NCBI RefSeq assembly: GCF_001194135.2
Contig: NC_068992.1
Span: 27,415,127-27,459,000 of the forward strand
DNA length: 43,874 bases
Source: Octopus bimaculoides
Lineage: Eukaryota
Direction of reading: 5' to 3'
Below, piece after piece: positions 40,601 to 43,874 of the stretch. A program made the translations under genes and the position numbers. The notes under the pieces were generated by a model. That model was not told the origin of the DNA and did not search any database. It saw nothing but the letters and a program-made list of their open reading frames with translations. Each line of letters begins with the position of its first letter. The stretch's first letter is position 1.

Positions 40601-43394
40601 GAATTTCTTCATCTTTTCAATTGTTTATACTTACTTATTACCAATACAGACCATCACTACTTTATTTGGATCCTACTGTGCATGTATATGTGTATACATT
40701 TAAATAGCCTTAACTATGTTGTGTGCCCAGCCTCCAATTTGACCACTTTTTGCTCCATAAGTTTTCTCCTTTCTACAACACAATCTTTGAGGCAGTTTTC
40801 ATTATTAGATTCCTCACTCAGATATTTCAGTAAAGCTTAACTATAAGGTATCAGTGTTACTCCCTCTCCAATTTGACTACAATTTTGATGTGGCTTACAG
40901 AATTAGATTCTTCTCATTGAGATCTTTTACTGAAGTGCAACTAAAACAAAAATAACAGAAATAAGGAAACTATACTACTTCCGAAGTTGCACCAGTGTTA
41001 CACAATTTTTGAATACACATTTATTGCAACTTTTTTTTCCTCGAACCAATTTTCTATTACAATATTTCAAAATGTAGAGGAGTTCGAGTCTTTTCAGTAA
41101 ACTGACCTGCATTTAATTTGGTCAAGAACTGAATTAGTTAAATGGCATAGGCCATGAATGCTATTCACCCACTGCCATTGGTGAATGATAAAACCAAGCT
41201 ATTGACATCTTTGAATCTGTACTAGCAACACCTAACAGGATTTGTATGATGATTTTGACAGCTTGGTGTAGAGTATGAGGACAGAATGGGCAGTCTTTTG
41301 GCATTCTGGAATCATAAAAGGGTTAAAAACCTCAGATTTAGAAGTATCTCTACAGAGGTAGTAAAATGTGCTGGAGTTAATCACATAATTACACAGCTGA
41401 GATATCTCCACAGACAAGAACAATTTATTACAGATTTTGTAGTATGGGCTATTTTAAATGTATACTGCAAGAATGAATGAAGCAGTAAAATATACAATGG
41501 TCCCATTACTTAGAGTAGTAAACATCATCATTTCTACATCTATGTTGACACGAGTTGGATGAAACTGTTCTACAGCAAATCTTTACTTCCTCAAAGTATT
41601 TTATTCCCCATCATCACATGTCAAACTGCTGAGTTACCAGGCTTCTATATTTAGGCAAGACATAAAGAATGTCATTACTGCCCATGTCGTGTCAATGCAA
41701 GAACATGTAGGGATATGCACACATATGCATATACACACGACTGGTTTTCTTACCAAATTTTATCAACAAGGCATTATTCAACCCAAAGTTATAGCAGAAA
41801 ACATTTGCCCTAGGTGTCTCAGAGAAGAATCAGATCTAAAAGTATGTAATTGAAAAGCAAACTTCTGAACCACAAAGTTATCCCCTGTGCCATTGAGTAT
41901 ATTTACAAATAAATTGACTTAATTGATATCCAGCAATAGAAACTATATCAAAAATGCTATGTATATGTGAAATGTGATCCTTGACCCATTTAAGAAGGTA
42001 GAAATTCCAAGATCGGACTTGGGCCATAACAACCTCTTCAACCAATGGAAAAGTAGATGTAAAATGATGAATGGAAATAAGTAGCTTTGTTAGAGATAAA
42101 GCAAAACATCAAATGACATTACAAGCAGGGATGTTGGAATCAGAGTCTTGAAACAATTACTGGGTTGCTTGTTGTCTACATAAAAATGTAGACTCCAACA
42201 AAATACAAATAGTAATATAAAGCATTAAATTTCTTATTTCACAAATACTAATTTGATTATTTTCTGTACTGGAAATCATCAAACTAGATTTAAGGGATTC
42301 TATGAAAGAGGGTCTGGTAGAAGCAATTCTGTTTCTGAGAATAAGATACTAGTAAATTACAGATTTTTTTTTTCTGTAATAAAATTTTTAGAGATAAGCT
42401 TTGTAATCTTTTAAAACATAAATTTTATTTACTTTAATGTAATCTTTTATTCATTTAAGTTATATATTCAAACTAACCACAAAAAGCATGGTTATGTACC
42501 AAAGTTTCTTTCTTTTCAAATGTTCATTGTTTTAGTTTTAACTTTGATGCATTTTAGAATCTCACCTGGTAAACAAAGATGCTTTAGAAGTATCTCTACA
42601 GAGGTAATGATAGATGCTTCTGATAAGACCCTATAGAGAAGAATTCTACCCTCATGACCATTCCAGGTAAAGCAAGCAGAGAAGATGGTGGATGGAAACA
42701 AAGATGTCCTTGATATTTTTTTATGGAATACTTATAGTTTATTCCTTTTATAGTCTTATTTTAAATCTAAGTTTTGTGTTATACTCACTTATTTAACATC
42801 AAAAGAAAATAAATTGGTATAGCTCTATCCCATTTTAGCATGCCTCCAGGTTAGAGTGCTAAAAAGTATTTTGATGAGTCGTATTAGTTAGCCAATATAG
42901 GTTACATGCATTTAATAACTATAAGAAATATATATGTCTAATAACAAATAGAGGAGCCAGAGATGAAACTGAAGGTTTGTGCATGAAACAAGCTTCACCA
43001 AAGGCAGGACATCCCAAACAACACACACCTAAGTCTAATACACTAAACATTAGACCTGAAAATCAAGTGCTAAGAGATTAAATCTAACTTTACTAGCTTC
43101 GATTCAGTGGAGAATGGGGACTAATACTTTTAGAGCAGTTAACAAAAATAGAGATCCAAGAATAAATAACACAAATATTCACATGCAAAGATATTACAAT
43201 CAATCTAATCAGAAATAACAAAAAGATATGAATGCATTAAAATCATTAAATCTACAAATATGCTAATAGACATCAAATATAATTTGAAGAACTTAAATTT
43301 TAACTTACTTCTGTGAAATATGTTCCAGATTATTCCAAATAGTATCAAATTCCTGCGAAGCCCTCTGATTAGATGACATTCCTTGAGAGGCCAT
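3757..43394 (-). CDS. TP63: p53/p63/p73-family transcription factor, TA isoform, 3'-partial: join(43394-43309, 38943-38802, 20611-20519, 19641-19577, 11432-11354, 8921-8735, 6445-6335, 6031-5926, 5458-5340 or 5331, 3851-3757)
   Basis: Ten exons with canonical AG/GT ends whose phases (2,0,0,2,0,1,1,2,1,0) join into one stop-free frame. It contains the FxxIWxxL TA motif, the full p53 DNA-binding domain ([33 protein letters not shown]) and the PKKRK NLS. Closely resembles squid p53/p63 as I recall it. The symbol is approximate because invertebrates usually have one p53/p63/p73 gene. Confidence 0.96.
4758..5048. mobile_element. piggyBac-type MITE
   Basis: TTAA on both sides (4754-4757, 5049-5052); TIR CCCATTACCT / AGGTAATGGG. 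Confidence 0.75.
5331..5458 (-). CDS. TP63: Exon 9: [39 protein letters not shown](SKK), end of DNA-binding domain; two in-frame donors (exon ends at 5340 or 5331)
   Basis: Acceptor tttacttttcag|; p53 box V motif [12 protein letters not shown]; donors A|GTAAGA and G|GTAATT are 9 nt apart, both phase 1. Confidence 0.95.
5926..6031 (-). CDS. TP63: Exon 8: [35 protein letters not shown]3 loop with Zn ligands and R248 equivalent
   Basis: Acceptor catcctatcctag|, donor GA|GTAAGT, 106 nt, phase 1-2. Confidence 0.97.
6335..6445 (-). CDS. TP63: Exon 7: [36 protein letters not shown]
   Basis: Acceptor attatgacag|, donor AAG|GTAACT, 111 nt, phase 1-1. Confidence 0.96.
6669..6964 (+). repeat. ~295-bp direct repeat, copy 1 (copy 2 at 9708-10001)
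   Basis: About 98% identical by eye (4 substitutions, one 2-nt indel). Confidence 0.95.
7003..7234. mobile_element. Degenerate piggyBac-type MITE
   Basis: TTAA-CCCTTTTGTTACC ... GGTATCAAAAAGG-TTAA; related to the copy at 32052. Confidence 0.65.
7249..8542 (+). mobile_element. Full-length decayed Tc1/mariner-superfamily transposon, DD37D (maT) type, transposase pseudogene
   Basis: TA TSD both sides; 25-bp TIR CAGGGTGTTCAAGCTAAATTTGACA / TGTCAAATTTAGCCTGAACACCCTG; ORF pieces 7399-7695 and 7845-8111 followed by *QQD-x37-N(D)Y. Confidence 0.9.
8735..8921 (-). CDS. TP63: Exon 6: [21 protein letters not shown]...[17 protein letters not shown], Zn ligands equivalent to C176/H179
   Basis: Overlaps ORF 8703-8900; acceptor ctctctcacag|, donor A|GTAAGC, 187 nt, phase 0-1. 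Confidence 0.97.
9708..10001 (+). repeat. ~295-bp direct repeat, copy 2
   Basis: Near-identical to 6669-6964. Confidence 0.95.
10745..10983. repeat. 239-bp near-perfect palindrome (119-bp arms, 2 mismatches)
   Basis: ATAACCAAGTTTCAGGAACTCATCGATG...CATCGATGAGTTCTTGAAACTTGGTTAT, centred on 10864. Confidence 0.95.
11354..11432 (-). CDS. TP63: Exon 5: [26 protein letters not shown], start of DNA-binding domain (L1 loop)
   Basis: Acceptor aaatttcag|, donor ACA|GTAAGT, 79 nt; YPG...KSTTWT is the p53 box II equivalent. Confidence 0.96.
11817..12190 (-). mobile_element. RTE-type 3' tail fragment with internal tandem sub-repeats
   Basis: Reverse complement of the family at 1-186; GGTGCTTTTTACATGC-like unit repeated. 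Confidence 0.7.
14650..15136. mobile_element. Head-to-head inverted pair of tRNA-headed retroposons with Penelope-like tails
   Basis: Centre GCCATATGCCC|GGGCATATGGC (14883/14884); each arm has A box TGGCGTAGTGG and a B-box-like sequence, then CCTGATGAAGG...AACGTTGTGTTAACAACAAACAAGATGAGGA. Confidence 0.75.
16216..16315 (-). mobile_element. RTE-type 3' tail fragment
   Basis: CATCATCATCATCGTCATCATTTAATGCCCGTTTTCCATGCTGGCATGGGTTGG. Confidence 0.65.
16600..17620. mobile_element. Highly decayed RTE LINE remnants: RT core on + before the gap at ~17070, post-RT region on - after it
   Basis: [11 protein letters not shown] resembles ELLYADDL; the minus-strand piece [10 protein letters not shown]...EGACGRER resembles LRWYGHV...GRGRP. 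Confidence 0.45.
17429..17482. repeat. 27-bp tandem duplication
   Basis: CTATTTAGGTCAAGTACACAACAGAAG x2. Confidence 0.95.
18266..18644 (-). mobile_element. Full-length tRNA-derived SINE with (CAA)n tail and 12-bp TSD
   Basis: Head GTGGAGGCGCAATGGCCCAGTGGTTAGGGCAGCGGACTCGCGGTTTCGAATTCCC; TSD GAGACATTATGT at 18254-18265 and 18645-18656. Confidence 0.9.
18759..18988 (-). mobile_element. RTE-type 3' tail fragment with (CAT)n
   Basis: Same family as 1-186, opposite orientation. Confidence 0.7.
19577..19641 (-). CDS. TP63: Exon 4: [21 protein letters not shown](N), proline-rich linker
   Basis: Acceptor cttcatttcag|, donor AA|GTAAGT, 65 nt, phase 0-2; completes the conserved VPSNTxYPG with the next exon. 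Confidence 0.93.
19930..20240 (-). mobile_element. Decayed RTE LINE RT fragment
   Basis: ORF 19955-20164: [22 protein letters not shown]...[20 protein letters not shown] resembles FxYLGS...DINxRIGK...KLRLYxxxVxSVLLYGSET. Confidence 0.7.
20519..20611 (-). CDS. TP63: Common exon 3: [31 protein letters not shown]
   Basis: Acceptor ccctatttttcag|, donor GTA|GTAAGT, 93 nt, phase 0-0; begins LNPI like the squid protein (recalled). Confidence 0.88.
22125..22400 (+). mobile_element. RTE-type 3' tail fragment with duplicated terminal AATGCCAGCATGGAAAGCA
   Basis: Same family as 1-186. Confidence 0.7.
24190..24345 (-). mobile_element. tRNA-derived SINE, family A
   Basis: On minus: TGTGTGGTTAAGATGTTTGCTTCCCAACCA...GGGTTCAGTCCCACTGCGTGGTACCTTGGGCAAGTGTC. 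Confidence 0.75.
26609..26647 (-). CDS. TP63: Alternative first exon of a DeltaN isoform: [13 protein letters not shown]
   Basis: ATG with A at -3 and an in-frame upstream TAA (26720-26722); 13 codons; strong phase-0 donor CCG|GTAAGT compatible with the exon at 20611; near match to the mussel DeltaNp63 N-terminus MIKFERTGFTTYR (recalled). Confidence 0.85.
26815..26872. promoter_or_regulatory. Putative p53/p63 response-element cluster upstream of the DeltaN exon
   Basis: Two zero-spacer pairs of RRRCWWGYYY-like decamers: GAACAAGTTG+TATCATGTTA (26815-26834) and GAATATGCCT+GAACTTGTTA (26853-26872). Confidence 0.45.
27120..27830. repeat. (TA)n microsatellites and RTE tail remnant around a ~557-N gap
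   Basis: Visible directly. Confidence 0.9.
28135..28208. repeat. 32-bp tandem repeat, 2.3 copies
   Basis: CCAAACAGAGAACAATCCAACCTTTATTTTAC repeated exactly. Confidence 0.95.
28881..29631 (-). mobile_element. 5'-truncated, 5'-inverted RTE LINE insertion with 11-bp TSD
   Basis: RT core ([10 protein letters not shown]) on + at ~29460-29625; downstream region (SFMCLG...DVKANIGK ... TPR...) on - at ~29455-28890; TCATTGAAATT at 28870-28880 and 29632-29642. Confidence 0.75.
29913..30120 (+). mobile_element. tRNA-derived SINE with Nin/Deu-like central domain
   Basis: GGCGAGCTGGCAGAATC...GAGTTCAAATTC, then GACTTTGCCTTTCATCCTTTTGGGGGTCGATAAAATAAGTAC; possible TSD TATTACA(T/A)CAC. Confidence 0.8.
32052..32256. 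mobile_element. piggyBac-type MITE
   Basis: TTAA TSD; perfect 12-bp TIR CCCTTTCGTTAC / GTAACGAAAGGG. Confidence 0.85.
32261..32472 (-). mobile_element. Nin/Deu-like SINE, degenerate
   Basis: Reverse complement of the 29913 family. Confidence 0.7.
35104..35475 (-). mobile_element. Adjacent SINE fragments: Nin/Deu-like (about 35104-35265) and family A (about 35325-35475)
   Basis: Family motifs shared with other copies in the window. Confidence 0.65.
35730..35880 (-). mobile_element. Degenerate tRNA-derived SINE, family A
   Basis: GACACCTGCCCAAGGTACCACGC motif. Confidence 0.55.
38505..38675 (-). mobile_element. Degenerate Nin/Deu-like SINE
   Basis: CCCAGAAGGATGAAAGGTGAAGTCAACC...GGAATTTGAACT. 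Confidence 0.6.
38802..38943 (-). CDS. TP63: TA coding exon 2: [47 protein letters not shown]
   Basis: Inside ORF 38694-38969; acceptor ttcatttttag|, donor TTG|GTAAGA; 142 nt = 1 + 47 codons; resembles squid EYTQIHERGVGYE...QTSLEI (recalled). Confidence 0.92.
39405..39666 (+). mobile_element. RTE-type 3' tail fragment with internal duplication
   Basis: AAAAAGCACCCAGTCCACTCTC unit occurs twice; ends GCATGGAAGAGATGATGAT. Confidence 0.6.
41745..41880 (-). mobile_element. Degenerate tRNA-derived SINE, family A
   Basis: AAAACATTTGCCCTAGGTG...AAAAGCAAACTTCTGAACCACA. Confidence 0.5.
43309..43394 (-). CDS. TP63: TA coding exon 1: [28 protein letters not shown](N), transactivation/MDM2-binding helix
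   Basis: ATG at 43394; SQ motif and F-x-x-I-W-x-x-L; donor AA|GTAAGT (phase 2) matches the next exon; upstream acceptor ttataatag| with the exon starting at 43428 implies an earlier exon outside the window. Confidence 0.9.
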
Positions 43395-43874
43395 TTTTGA
43401 CTCAGATGGTATCACCACCTTACCAAACCTATTATAAAAAAAATACATTTTTAAATTGTTTCCATCAAATTAAATCGAAATAATGAAAAATATTTTAATT
43501 TGATTAAATTTTTGTGAAACAAACATCTTTTTTTCTGAAATGTCTTTAAAATATATAAGTTTGAATGCTAATTTTTGATTTTTTTTTTTTTTTACCTACT
43601 AACTCCATTACTTTATGAAATACAACTCATTATTTCTAAGCATAAATGCATATGTAAAATAACCAATTTTTTCAATTCTTATTTCACGCTCCTCAGCCAT
43701 ATTTTGTTTTAAAAATGAAAATTTAAAAGTTTTTTGATGAATAAAACTAAATTAAAATTCTATTTTCATGTTGATGCTTTTTCTAAATTTAATGAAAGAA
43801 TGGAGGTTCAACTTAATTTTGTTTTGACCAACTTGTGCAATATATTTTTCAAAGTAACTTATACAGCAATAACA

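Noticed and set aside
41337-42607. 24-bp identical sequence TTTAGAAGTATCTCTACAGAGGTA at 41337 and 42584
   Set aside because: Only two copies; most likely fragments of an old repeat
1-43874. CRISPR arrays, operons or other prokaryotic systems
   Set aside because: The DNA is intron-rich metazoan sequence and no repeat-spacer array is present

Overview
AT-rich, repeat-rich eukaryotic genomic DNA with N gaps. The repeat families and protein similarity point to a cephalopod, probably Octopus. The window holds the 5' and central part of a single p53/p63/p73-family gene on the minus strand, rebuilt by hand as 10 GT-AG coding exons from the TA start codon (43394) to the start of the oligomerisation domain (3757). 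The phases chain into one stop-free frame: [29 protein letters not shown]...DNA-binding domain...[14 protein letters not shown]. The rest of the oligomerisation domain and any SAM exons are not visible and probably lie beyond position 1. Inside the 18-kb intron after TA exon 2 sits a 39-nt alternative first exon ([13 protein letters not shown], 26609-26647) that the ORF track misses. It would give a TA-less DeltaN isoform, and a cluster of four p53-type half-sites lies 170-230 bp upstream of it, suggesting a two-promoter feedback circuit. Other points: tandem in-frame donors in the NLS exon, an unusual MDM2-binding motif, a 1-nt intron shift against vertebrates, an RTE LINE with a 5' inversion and TSD, a decayed DD37D (maT) transposon, TTAA MITEs, several SINE families and three long intronic fold-backs. 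Comparisons with squid, mussel and human proteins are from memory and need database confirmation.
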